NCBI RefSeq assembly: GCF_002105155.1
Contig: NW_019029015.1
Location: 186,001-250,000 of the forward strand
Origin: Lobosporangium transversale
Lineage: Eukaryota
DNA length: 64,000 nucleotides
Reading direction: 5' to 3'
Part shown: one piece after another, positions 12,743 to 25,380 of the stretch
How the letters are laid out: the number at the start of each line of letters is the position of its first letter
Position numbering within the stretch: position 1 is the first letter of the stretch
Translations under genes and position numbers: made by a program
Notes under the pieces: generated by a model
Database searches by the model: none
What the model saw: the letters and a program-made list of their open reading frames with translations, nothing else
Told to the model about the DNA's origin: nothing

Positions 12743-13056
12743 ATCCTCATGACAACCGACGTTTTGCTCTACTGGTTAAAAAAGGAAGTCTTTTAGTTCT
12801 TTAATTTTTTTTTTTTTTTTTTTTGAGTGGAATTTTAGAGCCGACAAAATCCCAATGGGAGAACATCAAGTCGAGCACCCCGAGGCCAGTAAACAGTATT
12901 TTTTTTTAATATAACAATTGAATAGCTGAGACTAAAAGAATTATATCTTTGCGAGACCACACAAAGGAAATGTCCAAATCAGATCCATTCAGCCAGAGTC
13001 GTATTCACTTCGCTGATTCACCAGCTGGGCTTTCTTCAAAAATCAAGCGAGCTGTC
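12743..13056 (+). pseudogene. Fragment of a mitochondrial/bacterial-type tryptophanyl-tRNA synthetase gene
   Basis: Three collinear pieces separated by intron-like AT-rich spacers: ILMTTDVLLY (cf. VLMAADILLY), ADKIPMGEHQVEH (cf. VPVGEDQxQH) and LRDHTKEMSKSDPFSQSRIHFADSP..KIKRAV (cf. KMSKS region). No N-terminal HIGH region; motifs are degraded. Confidence 0.75.
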
Positions 13057-14104
13057 ATGGCACATTATGGTTTTGCCAACAGTGGTAAACGAGAAATTTC
13101 TAGTCGACCATGCCATCAGGCACTATATGTCATTGGAATAAAATCATCTATGTAGAGGCCACTCTTCTATGACAATGGTGTATGCATACTTTTTAATGGT
13201 ATTAGCTTCGCATGTGATATGCATACGCCAGCCACAGGCAGCCAAGCTCGCCTCTTGGCTAGAGATAGGAACCGAGGATTTTATCATAAATGCAACAAAT
13301 AAATAAATAAAACTGGAAACAGGGGTAACACAAGAATTGTGAATAGTAGTTGGCTGATAATGTCTCTCGTCTCATAGGAAGATAATATATAGACAACCTC
13401 GAGGCCCATGAAGACGGGCTATACTGCCAGGTCACACTCAGAGTGCAGGAACGTAGGCGGGCACTCATCGCGTAAGCATCTGCCTTGTGCAATGACGCCA
13501 AAGAGTTGTCTATTTGACAAGGAACGGGACCAGAGAATCCAAAATGTTTTTTAGGTTTTCTAAACAGGTTTCATATTTCTGGAGGGAAAGGGGGGGAGGG
13601 GTAAAATGGAAAAGAAGGTTTGTGCAAAATCTGGTTGCATTGGCTACGTGGTCTGTGCGCGGCGCCAGCGAGCCTGCTTATGAATGTTACATTAATGATT
13701 TAAAATTGGTTTGCTTATGTTGGATAGGGTAATAGGGTATGACAAATTTTCTGGGTGGCTTAATGGGTGTGGCTTTGGCTGGCTTCTGCTCTCGTCTCGC
13801 TTACACTTTTGGTTTGTAAAATTCATTATTCATTTCGTCTTAAAAAGAAAGGATCACACCACTAAAGACCCTAAAACTCTAAAATAGCCCTCTCTTCTTT
13901 ACTACCGGAAAAAAAAACACGTTGGGGTGAAAAAGAGTGATAATCTCATTGTATAAATAGTAGGCGATCTTCCTCTTTATTTTTTTGTTCCTCATCTTTC
14001 TCAACACATTTTCTCTTATTCACACAGTTTGAATCTCACATTTTCTTTACTCCACTCCAATTTCTTCTCACCTCTCTTTTATACATCTCTCCAAACATCA
14101 AACA

Positions 14105-15074
14105 ATGTCCGCCCCTCAGAATACCAACCTTGCTGAGACTCACGCTGAGTTGACCAAGAATGATAGCCAAGTACATGGCTTGGCTGCCTCCCACTACTCC
14201 AAGGCTGCCTCTGCCGATCGCATTAACACTGCCAAGGCTGCTCTTGAGGCCAATGGATTCAAGGTTCACGTCGTCAACACTCGTTATGATGCCTTTGAGG
14301 CCCTCAAGACCTTGATCCCAGCTGTAAGCGAAAAAAAAAAAAAAAAAAAAAAAATCAATTTCAAGCCACAACGTTAGAAGAAAGGGGTTAGCACCAATTT
14401 CATTTTGTCTTGCATTATTTTTCTAATGTAATGCTTCCTATTTTTTATTTTGATTCATCTAATAGGGCACCTCAATCAACAATGCTCACTCTACCACCTT
14501 GGAAGAGGTAAAAAAAAGATGAAAAAAACTTGAACAGGATGCCATCCTTTACTTATTATTATTATTCCCTATGGAAGTTGAACTACGATCATGATTTTAA
14601 ACTTTCACACGCTTTCTCATCTTTTAATAGATTGGTTTCATCACATACATCAAGGGCCAAACCCCCTGGAAGAATGTCCATGGTGAGATCTTGGCTGAGA
14701 AGGACCCCGCAAAGCAGGCAGAGCTTCGTCGCACCCTTGGTTCAACCGTTGATTATTACTTGACCTCAGTTGCTGCGATCACAGAGGATGGTCATCTGGC
14801 TCATGGTGATTTGTCAGGATCGAAGGTTGGAGGAGTTGCATTCGGCGCTGGTAACGTCATTGTGGTCGCTGGCTCCAACAAGATTGTGAAGGATGAAAGC
14901 GAGGCGTGGAAGCGTCAGGAGGAATATGCGTTGCCTTTGGAGAGTGCACGTGTGAGAATCGCTTATGGACTTCCTGCTTCTGCGATCACTCACTATGAAG
15001 TCATCCGCAAGGCCAACCCCTTCAATGCTAACCGCATTCAAATCATCATTGTCAACGAGGCTCTCGGATACTAA
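14105..15074 (+). CDS. LUD-domain (LutC/YkgG-like lactate-utilisation) protein; exons 14105-14323, 14466-14507, 14631-15074
   Basis: Splicing stays in frame. Motifs ALEANGFKV, STTLEEIG, DYYLTSVAAITEDG, GAGNVIVVAGSNKIVKD and RIQIIIVNEALGY match LUD-domain proteins. Confidence 0.8.
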
Positions 15075-15420
15075 GATCTTTTCCTCCTTTTTTTTTCTAA
15101 AAAGAAAGAAAATGTATAACAAAAAATAAACGAATGAAGGAAGACTCGTTTTTGAGAAAATTAAAGATTAATAAACCATAAAAGAATATATACTATAGCG
15201 AATGTTGATTGAACAATAATAGTCTATTCCTGTTTAATGGTGATAGAGGCAGTGCAGATGACCATGAAGGGGGAGTTAAGAGCAATGGCGTGTTCTGCCC
15301 AGGATATGAGGGCAATAGACAATTGATGAGATCTACACATGTAGATTTCTTTTTTCCTTGTGTTCAATAAATCGTCATCGTCATTTGTTCAAACGATTGG
15401 CTAATTGAAATCGGAAATTT

Positions 15421-15453
<33 letters not shown>

Positions 15454-15585
15454 CAATGCAAAGACAATCTTGGAAGAAAAGCTTTCATGACAATATACTA
15501 CGCCGATTAAGGGAGGTGGGTATTTTTATGCGTATATAAATATGAGTGTATGTATATATATGTAATTTTCTGTTATTTTTTTCTT

Positions 15586-16712
15586 TTACAATTTCTGCAG
15601 CTCAGCACACTCCTTGCGTGCTTCGAACAATTCATTCGAATTGACTTTCAAGTGGCAGGCCAAATCATCTGCATTCGAAACATGGTAACCCAACTCGGAG
15701 AGTAAACCTCTTTGGATGTCATAGACCATCCCAATGACTTCGATGGACTGTCCACGTTCCCATGCGGCTCTAATGATGGGCGATTTAGCAACAGTGAGGA
15801 CTGAGTTCCTGCAGTTGATCTCGACCAAGGCACGACAGCGATCCTCTTGGTCCCTAATCTTCTCTAGATTGAGGAGGTGTTGATGTTTGACTTCCTTAAT
15901 ATTGGCAAGCCAATGATCGATCAATCCATAGGACTGGTCACCAAGTGCAGCAGCGACGCCACCGCAGCCATAATGACCACAGACGACCACGTGCTCAACC
16001 TTCAGGACATCGACAGCGTACTGCAATACAGAGAGACAGTTGAGATCTGTGCTAACAACGACATTGGCGATGTTACGGTGAGTGAAGACTTCACCAGGCG
16101 CTAAATAGATTGGGATTATAGCAGGAGTGGAAAATGATAGTAATTCAGTTGAGTGCAAGATAAGGTTAGTTGTGCCGATCAAGTCCTGGGATGCATAACT
16201 TTGATACACAGATACGCAAAATTCTTATCCCCAAAAAAAAAAAAAAAATTACCGAGTTGAAGCAATTCATTCTCAGGGACACGGGAATCAGAACATCCGA
16301 TCCAAAAGACCTTGGGTTGTTGGCCTTTTGAACCTTTTTCAAAGAAATCAGGCTGGCGCTCTCGGATGGCTTTGGACCATTTGCGATTGTTCTTCAACAG
16401 ACGAGCCAAACCATGTTCATGACCGATTGATGGGCTAGGACCTAATGTAACTGGTGACCTTGGACAGCAAGCATCATCATCACTATCATCATCCTCTTCC
16501 ATGTGGTGATGAGTATGTTCTGGACTACCATATTTATGAAGCAAGGCGCTAGATTGATGGTGATGACTATGATTGTGCTGGTGTTTCTTTTCAGGAACCT
16601 CTGCTGGAAATGTTGGCGATAGGGCTTCGACATGACCGGCGACATCAGGAACCTCAGCAACTACAATAGAGCGAGGGAATCCGTTGGGGATAGCGGCCGG
16701 TGATGATGACAT
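15586..16712 (-). CDS. Beta-class carbonic anhydrase (NCE103-like); intron 16252-16101
   Basis: Zn-ligand motifs WIGCSDSRVP, GEVFTHRNIAN and CGHYGCGG. His-rich N-terminal extension. Confidence 0.95.
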
Positions 16713-18440
16713 GACTTGACACTAGCAATCGGTGAAAGGAAGCTAAAAAATAAGAGTTCCAAAATTAGGAGACAAAGAGAGGGAAAGGAGAGAATGAAAG
16801 AGAAAGGAGGAAAAAAAAAAAAAAAGAAATGTGAACTGAGCCAAGGCTTCCTCTACATATTTGTACAAATATAAGACGTCCATAAGAGCTTTGAGAAGCG
16901 TGATTGTTTATATTACCTGAGGGGTAGGCTTACACAAATCTGGAACGGATGCTTTACACCTTTGTTTGATTGGATAAAAATGATAGGCTATAGAATAACG
17001 AAAAGATGAAGGAGTAAAATTAAGAGATAAAGAAATGAAAAGAAAAAAGAAAAGAAAAGAAGGTCAACGGTTGATTTATATAACAAATTTGAGCTATTTT
17101 ATTCTCGTAGATTACGTGGTTATCATTGCAAAAAAGAACAAGGTTCACCACCAATTGTTGGATCTCAATGCCTTCGAAGCCGAATGCTCAATTAGACTTT
17201 ATCCGGTCTGGACTAGACGTCGGCAATGATAAAAAAAAAAAAAAAAAAACTCCGCACATGCATGGAATCATGTATAAAGTAATCAATGAATAATGTAGCG
17301 TGTATCTCTTTGCATTTTTAAATAAATATATTAGATAAACCTTGCAATACTGTACGGTCGTTAAACTTTTTTGTTACCTAATGCATTAGTTGCAGGATTA
17401 GCATTGTGCATTGATTGTTTTATGTAGGTCAAGCAGAAAGTATTTTATCAGGGAAAATCTCGGACACTACGCAGCAGAATATCTATTTTGATCTATGAAG
17501 TGGCACACCGTACATGTAGCTAATGACAAGGTTTTTTTTTACCTGTGAAATTCATAGAATACAAGACAGAGTTTCCGTTCAATTAAACTCAAGCCTCAGG
17601 AACTTTAACATGATTATCATCGAACAAAATTTGACCGCGATTACAACCAGGTACATCCTTTGGATGCCCTGAAACATCAAAAGGAAAAATGGTGACCACA
17701 TGGCATGGGTACAACCACTTTGCAAGTTGTCGCTCAGTTGATTTAGACGTCAGCAAAAGGGTGTCCTGAGTTTTTGTGTCCAAATTATTTTGCTTTTAAG
17801 AAACAGTGTGGCACTTCATCAATTAGGAGCGAAATCTCTCTTACTTTGAGAAGAGTATTTAAAGACTTTGGTGAAAAATATTTTGCGGATAGATAGTAAC
17901 AGTAGAAAAAGTAAGTGAGAATAAGATGTGGGTCCACACACCACACCCATGGATTCTTTATTCATTTCTGGTAGAGGGGCTTGTACCAGATAACTACATA
18001 TCTATCTATAAGACAGCATGGGTTCTCATGTCAAAGATTTGTCGCGTCTTAGTGTGACGCTTTATTGCCACTAGTTTCTACTGCTAGTTTTATTTTTTTA
18101 TCGTACTATTTCAGTTGAAATTTCTCTAGTGTGTTTTTTTTAAGATCTTCCTTGTTTTTTAGTCGGACCATTATTAAATTGCATATTGAAATATGCAACA
18201 TTTGGATAATGGCGTGGTGTCTTTTGCCATTAGCAAATTATACACATATCGTGCGCCAAAAGTTTGGCCTACGGAATCACGTGGTTATGTTTAATTCCAC
18301 ACATGGAGTACAGCACAATCTTGGCCCTATTACATTACTGAAAACAGTCACGCAAATGGTCCTCGACGCCTGCACTCCGAACTAGACTAGTGTGTTTGCT
18401 GACACGCAGATATTGTCTACACTATGTAAAACTATGTGAG

Positions 18441-21400
18441 CTACATATGCTCAATGTGAATTCTCTTGCTACCTCTAGGCTCCTCTCCTTGCTCGGTCGG
18501 CGCCTGTCGCTTGATCGCTCTCTTTTCTCCGCTGTCCATGGAAATATTCTTATTTTTGTTTGGCACAAGGTAGGATGGTCGTTCTTGATAAAGTAGATGG
18601 CCTTGGACAATGTTGGCTATGTTATGCCCTGCCATGATGTCTCTGTGCATAAATGCCTTGCAGCTGCTGCAATACAGTCGACGGATCTCAACCTGACCAA
18701 CAAATTCTTGACAGATAGGACATTTTTTTGAGGTGTAGTATTCGTTTACGCCAACAACGATGTACCCAAAAGATCGGGCCTAATGAGGTAGGAGAGCAAG
18801 ATAAGTTACAATGTGACAACAACGGCAATATAAAGCAATGACCAACAGTTTTCCCATGGCTAGCTTGGCCGGCCACTGTTTCAACTACTACTTGAAACAG
18901 TATAGCCACCGGCCAAGTTTATTTTGTAATATTGAGCGAGTCCTTACCTTATTCACAAATACGATTGGAATGATTCGTGTAACGAAGACAGCCTGGTATT
19001 AGACGAAAACTTGCCAAGACCCACTCCGATCACCACCTTATCTCCTTCATTTACCTTCGCTCCAATTGACCCGCCAACTATCTTGAGCAGACTGTTGGCA
19101 ATCTTCTTGTATTCTTCAACCCGAGCCCTTTTCGCATCCCACCTATGTTTCTTGATGACATTGTTGCTGCTATAGAAGGAATCTAGGCCTTTCTCCACGT
19201 CTCTAAGCTTCTCAATGTAGTTTTTTATGCTTGCATCATTTCCACGAAGAGACGGTAGGCTACTCTCAATGTCACTAATGGACTGTGAACCGTAGACCGC
19301 TGCTGCCTTCCGCTGCTCCATCCAATGTCGGTATTTGAGAGTGGGCTGGTACGCTGCCTTCTGCTTGACGGCCAAGTTGTAAAATCTGGATGTCTGGGTC
19401 GCCGTGTTGGTGAGCTCACTACTTGGTAACAACGCGCTTGCTCCGACGATGAAAGACTGCCCTAAATCTAGACCTAAAATATTGATTTCTTCTGGCTTGC
19501 AGCCCAAAGGTCGGTGATATCTTGCTTAGTACTCACTACATTCCTTATCTCGGTCACGAAATAGTCTGTGCCGCCAAGAGTGGAATTGATCCTAAAAGGT
19601 AATCTTTCCTCGGGAAGTCGCCGATATTTTACCGCATTGAGTTCGTTCAATTTGAATGCTAGCAATTAGAGACGAAACCCATCAGTTCGAATTGACCCTC
19701 GTAAAATATAACCGCGCTTGTCGTAAGTCTGAGGCCCGGGCACGAAGTCATCCTCTCGAATGTATCGAATGTGCTCTCTCATCATGCTGAGTGGCATTAT
19801 GGAAGTTGTAGCCTTAAATCCTTTGTATTTCTTACGCTCTTCCTCTTCAAAGCCACCAATGTCAGTTAGCAGACTTGTAATGAGATACCCAGGGTCCCTG
19901 CCCGAGAGCCACACTCTAAGGTCGGCTTTCGAGGGTGTGCAAGTGAAGTCACCTCTGGCATAACTTGAAGTTCAGCTTTGAGTTCATTGTCTTGCCAAAA
20001 GATCTCAATCAGTTCTAACTCTGAGAGATTTATAAAGCCATCTTCAAAAGCGGACAACGGAGCAAGTTTTCGACTGTTATTGCAGCTTTTGTTCAGGCGA
20101 ACAAAGTTCTCTACTGCGGATATGCTAGGGTCGATACTGCTTGCTGTGTCTACAAGTAGCAGACCCTTGTTCTTGAGAGCTTCGATCTGTTATAAAAGGA
20201 ATGAAGATATTAGAATATCATTCGCCGTTATCTTACTCAATGATAAAACTTGAGTGGGGATGATAGCACTCATTAGAGCTAGGCGCGCATACCTTTTCAC
20301 AAAGTGCTTGTGCGCCCTCCTTATAATTCCTCCTTAACTCAACCTTGAGTTGCGTGGCAGTTGATCTCAGGACAACTGAGCCTGGATAGCGCATTCTTGT
20401 ATTGATCGAGCCAGCATCTGCCATAGCTGGCAAAAAGTCCTTGGCCTTATGGATGAAGTTGAGCACATGAGGATCCTTTACGTTGCCAGTTGGGGGCCTC
20501 TTGTTATAGATACACATGAGAAGTGATAGCAGGAAGGTCGTGTTGGCATCATTCGTTTCGTTCTCATCATTCTCTACATTATCCTTCTTCTCAGCTCCAT
20601 TGGGGCCTTCATTGCCGGCCACACTCTTGCTAAATATACGTGGGCAGATAAGATCGAGCAGTTTTCTGTCTGTGTTGCTGACATCGGTAGCTGAAAGCTG
20701 CTCAATGTACTGGCCAATAGCTCTCTCAAGTGCGCTTGGTCTTCGAAGCATGGCGAACGACTTCTTGGAGACAGGCTTTAATCTTGGATCTCAATTGGGG
20801 CTTATCAGTCAATATTCTATTCAGGTTGCCGTTGACCGCCCCAATGTCAAGAGTCCTAGTTGGGTGTTCATACTGCATAGCCCTAACCAAGTCTGTTTTA
20901 TCCATTCCGTCCACCGCTTTTTGTGGCTTTTTCGACTTTTCCTTCTCTTTCTTTTTCTTCTGCTTGCTAGAAGCAAGGGCATTCGTATTGGGATTGTCTT
21001 TGTATTTTTTCTGTTTGTATTGCTTCATGATCTCCGGAGGGACATGCTCGAGCTTTCGGGAGCGAGTTTTGAATGAACATCGCTCTCGGTACTTGCATTT
21101 TCTCCCTGAAGAGTGAGAAGGAGGCCATTGGACAGGAGCTCGGTCAACAGAGCGAAAGATATTGAATGTATCCGAGTGATTGTTCGACTGGGATGAACTA
21201 TCGACGGAACCAATGTCCATGTGAAGGCTGTAAAGGCGGGTTAGTTCGATGAAAATGTAGGGAAAAGGGATAAAAAGTAAGGCTAATGTCAGTGCATTAC
21301 CTCTTATCTATTCTCCTATTCATTTTTAATTGCTCGCGGATTGACGCCAGTCTCTGTAGCAGGCTTTCATGAGTCACGGGAACGTGTATGGAAGTCTGAA

Positions 21401-21536
21401 ATGCAACAGGAAGAGATTTTCTCTGTTACAGATCCACGAAAACCCTTATAGAGTCTTCAAAATATCCGTCAGCTACCTCCTTTCCCCTCACCTCATTGTG
21501 TCTCAAGTATTCCTGGATCATGTTCCTGGGATCTTT

Positions 21537-21572
<36 letters not shown>

Positions 21573-22374
21573 AAAGAGAGAGTTTGATGTGAAATTCAGT
21601 CTTTTAGAAGCGTGCAATCCTGTGGTATACCATTGCCTTCTCCAACCTGCTCCTTGACAATTCTGTAGTTGGTGACACTTCCAAGCCGGGAAATGTTGCT
21701 TGTGTAGTCGTTCTTGCTCACGATACACAGTACCGTCAATTGGGATCGTGTAATGTTTAGGGTGGTGAGTACGTCTGCAAGCTTGTACACTAAAATGTGA
21801 TCTCTTGAGATAGGGCGCCAAACCGTTGAGATATTCTTGTATGCGAGCATGTCACTGTCTCGGGAGACAACTACATCCTCGAGCTGGCAATCAGTCGCAT
21901 GTATTTCGCGAATGATTCTCGTGCTTCTTTTGACCAATGAAAGGCCATATCCAACGCCTTTATTACGGCAACGAACTGTTCCTTTCGGACTCGACTCTTG
22001 CTTTGCACGCGTTGGTATAGTTCATCGAGCCCTTGTTGGGCGTCCATCAATGCCTTGGCTCGTACTTCCTCTCGATATATATGAGTATGTTTTTTTTCCT
22101 CACAGGCGTCACCGTCAAGATACAGGATAAGGTTTTCTGGTGTTCCATACTTCCCCAGCTCTCTTTCCATGATCTTGTGGGCTGTATCGAGGGAATGATT
22201 GGAATATGCGTTTTGAATTATGGGATGTAAGGTTCCTAGGACATCGAACCTTATGTAGGCGTTGCAATTGAAGGGATTGAAAGGATTAGAGGTGGCGCAG
22301 ATTAACGAATGGTAGTGGAGAGTTGCCTCGTAGCCTGTCTTTAGAAGAAAAGACCAGAGGCCCTCGATTCCCAT
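18441..22374 (-). pseudogene. Copy A: XPG/FEN1-like PIN nuclease fused to a Fanzor/TnpB-like RuvC nuclease; spliced, disrupted by several frameshifts and stops
   Basis: PIN part: MGIEGLWSFL, RFDVLG, YLDG..EEK, VVSRDSD, H3TH-like CIVSKNDY...G. Fanzor part: SIRTDG, RuvC-I ILGLDLG, VVIGVGLG; after intron 18947-18780, ARSFGYIVVGVNEYYTSKKCPIC..YCSSC..MHRDIMAGHNIANI (RuvC-II E, zinc finger, RuvC-III D). Confidence 0.85.
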
Positions 22375-22748
22375 TGCTAAGAAGTGATATCAATATGGAT
22401 ATGGGAATATCGATGGAGCTGTTAGAGAGAAAGAGGTGTTGAAAAAAAATCGTGTGAATTTTTGCATGGTGTTTCACGTGGCATCTTTCCAAAAAAAAAA
22501 AAAAAAAAAAATTGACTGGTGTGAACGGGCATGGTGTTTTTTAACATAAAAATTGGCAAATACACTAGCGAGTCAGTGAAGCATCACACAAGGAACCGTC
22601 GGCGGCACTTGATGGTATTATCATTGTCAATATGAATATATATAGATATATATATATGCCTAGCGCGCTGCCGCACCGAAGCAAAACTTACCAGTGCTTG
22701 CTGCGTGTTCTTCTCTGCTCTGTTTGAAATCTTGATCATAACCTAGGC

Positions 22749-25380
22749 ATGGACCTCTTGACGATAAAATACATCTTACCATACTCGCTAAATTTTAATC
22801 CACATCAGTCGGTAGCCCCCTATCCCATTCCTAAGGAGATACCCGACCCTTTTACTACGGCTTTCACATTCAACGCGTTCCGTGAATTTTGGAGCCAAGA
22901 AAGACTTGCGTACCAATGGGCAGAGTGTTCGGAAAAGAACTCTCGATTCATTCTTGCCCACAAAGAGAATCTGGATAAACCACTTCCTACGCACAGTAAG
23001 GCATATCCTGGCCGCGGTCGTCCACGTGAATTCGATTGGACAATCAAGTACGTCTGTTGGCGCCAAGGTCCGAAAGAAGAGTTGACCATTCACCGGGAAT
23101 CAGTTGGTAATAAATGTCCGGTCTATATCAGGATTAAAAAACCTGTTGAGCAAGACTGGGTCATGGTGGAGTATTATAGACATCACAACCATGGAACTTC
23201 AACAAAGTCTAGGGTCGCTCTTCCTCTGAGCCCTAACGAGCGTAACTGGATGAAGTCAATGGTCTCCAGCAGCCATGACTGGAAATATATCAAGAATGAA
23301 CTGAGGCCAAGTGAAGAAGCTCTTCAGGCGGTAATGGTCGTCCAAGCATGTATTAAATATTTTTGCATTTACTTAGGCAATGACTAATATCCCATGACTT
23401 ACAGGTTGAGGCAGAGACGAAAAGTGTCCCTCCAAGCTTCCTTATCACTTACAACGATGCACGCGCAACGATTTATCGTAAACAGATAAAGGAATTTACA
23501 AGAGGTGATAGCGTTGTTACCAGTGTTGAGGGATGGATGAAGGAGATTCAAGCAAACGGGGGTAAAGGATAGTTTGCTAATGAAATTGATGTCAACGACC
23601 CTCAAAGCTATTTGATTGCCTGGTGTACGAAGTTCCAATTGGAGGTAAGGATTGCTCAGATCCGATATGATCCAACTGGCGTTAACGTTACTTATCGTCC
23701 TCGTTTCTGTCTTCAACAGGTCGCAAAGGACAATAGCTTGATAGCCTGCATGGACTCCACACGGAGAGTCGCTATGTCTCTGAGAGAAGATAAGGATAAA
23801 AAGGGCAATAAGGGAAAGGGCAAAAAGGATAGCAGTTCTTCAGCCTGCCTGTTTACGATCCTTGTCAAGGATCGAGTTTTGAGAAAGGCGTTCCAGTTGC
23901 CCATATGCTATGCAGCTCAGAGTCATCGTATGTTTGAGCATAGTCTAGTAACGATGTGAAGAAATTGTTTATCAAACTGAGACCATTGTATTATGTTCAA
24001 CAACAGGTTCCTCATAGAGAGATGGTTATCATGGCTCAGAACCGAGTGCGGTTTCAAGATGTCAAAGTTCATGGTAGACTGTTCTGTGACACAGAGTAAG
24101 GCCATTCAAGAGGTATTCCCTTCCGCATCAGTTTACTTCTGCCACTTTCATGTGCAGAAGTTATGGAAAGACCGCATGAGGGATGTGTTCAAGGTAAGAT
24201 ATATCATGTTAATGCTCAACCAAGATACCTTTGGCGATAATAACATTTTAACGCGACTCCATACTCTTTAGGAGCGATAGGTTTGCTTAAAGAAATGCGC
24301 ATTGCAAGGTCTGACGAAAAAGTTAATGACATCTGGAAAGGTATCAAGGACCAATTTTATGATCCGAGCAATGACAAAACAAGCCTCTTCTTTAACTATA
24401 TAGAAAAGAACTGGATCGCGAAAGAGAAGAGACCAAGATGGGTGCTTTTCCTGAGAGAGGTAAGATAAAGCACCAGTAAACGGCGGTATTAAATGACTTC
24501 TTCGACGAATTTCAATATCCGACATCCTAATACACCTAATAGGACTACCAACACGTAAATACACACAACCTTCTGGAGTCTTGGTTCAACGCTTTGAAGA
24601 CACATGCGCTGGAAGGGAAGCGCGGTTTACGAATTGATTTCCTCATATATAAATTGCAGGGACCCATTGACCAGGACTTCAGGACACAGTATTTCAAGGT
24701 CAAAAATTGAATACGACTCGCAACGCTTTCACAGTACGGCCAAGAAAGACTGGCGAGAGCAATGGCAGTAAGTCCCGTGGAGGCAAGGGCCATGGTATGC
24801 GAGAAGTTAGTCGAGAAAGAGGTATGTGTTGAAAATCGATAATATCAAAAGTTTGATTGTATATGGATAGGTTCTAATCTCTTTCGCTCTACAAAGTTCG
24901 CGGTAAAGTCGTCCGAAGAATCTGGAGTAGAGTATTCCGTTGCCGCGGATGTAGAGAGGGGCCTCCTTCAGTCATGTTCATGCCCCGACTATGTCCGACA
25001 GAAGATCCCTTGCAAACACATGTATTTAGTGTCAAGGATTTACGACGGCTTCGATGTTCAATATGCCGCTGCTCCTTCGCACATTGAACATTAGAACAGG
25101 CACTTAGAGTTCGACTTAGGGCCTCCTCTCGAGAGCTTTATCTCACCAGTTTTACTGCGTGAGCTGGATATGATGAGAACAAAAGAGAGGGAAGAAAAGA
25201 AGAGAAAAAGAGAAGAAGTCACCACCCAAGCGTTTGAAGAGTGTGAAGAAGAGCTTATGGTCCTGTGGAAGGAGCTGGGCCGTATAGTATATAATAGGAT
25301 ATGCGAGACTCAATAGCAGAACTGAGGAATGTAATCCGTACAATGACAGCGAGGGGTGTTCAAGCACCTGAACAAATTGA
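22749..25380 (+). mobile_element. Mutator/MULE-family DDE transposase, spliced and decayed (pseudogene)
   Basis: N-terminal FAR1/WRKY-GCM1-like finger (YVCWRQG..KCPVYI..HHNH). Catalytic motifs CMDST, FMVDCS...YFCHFHV and NLLESWFNALK. C-terminal SWIM finger CSCPDYVRQKIPCKHMY (~24975-25025). Frameshifts and stops present; no TIRs identified. Confidence 0.88.
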
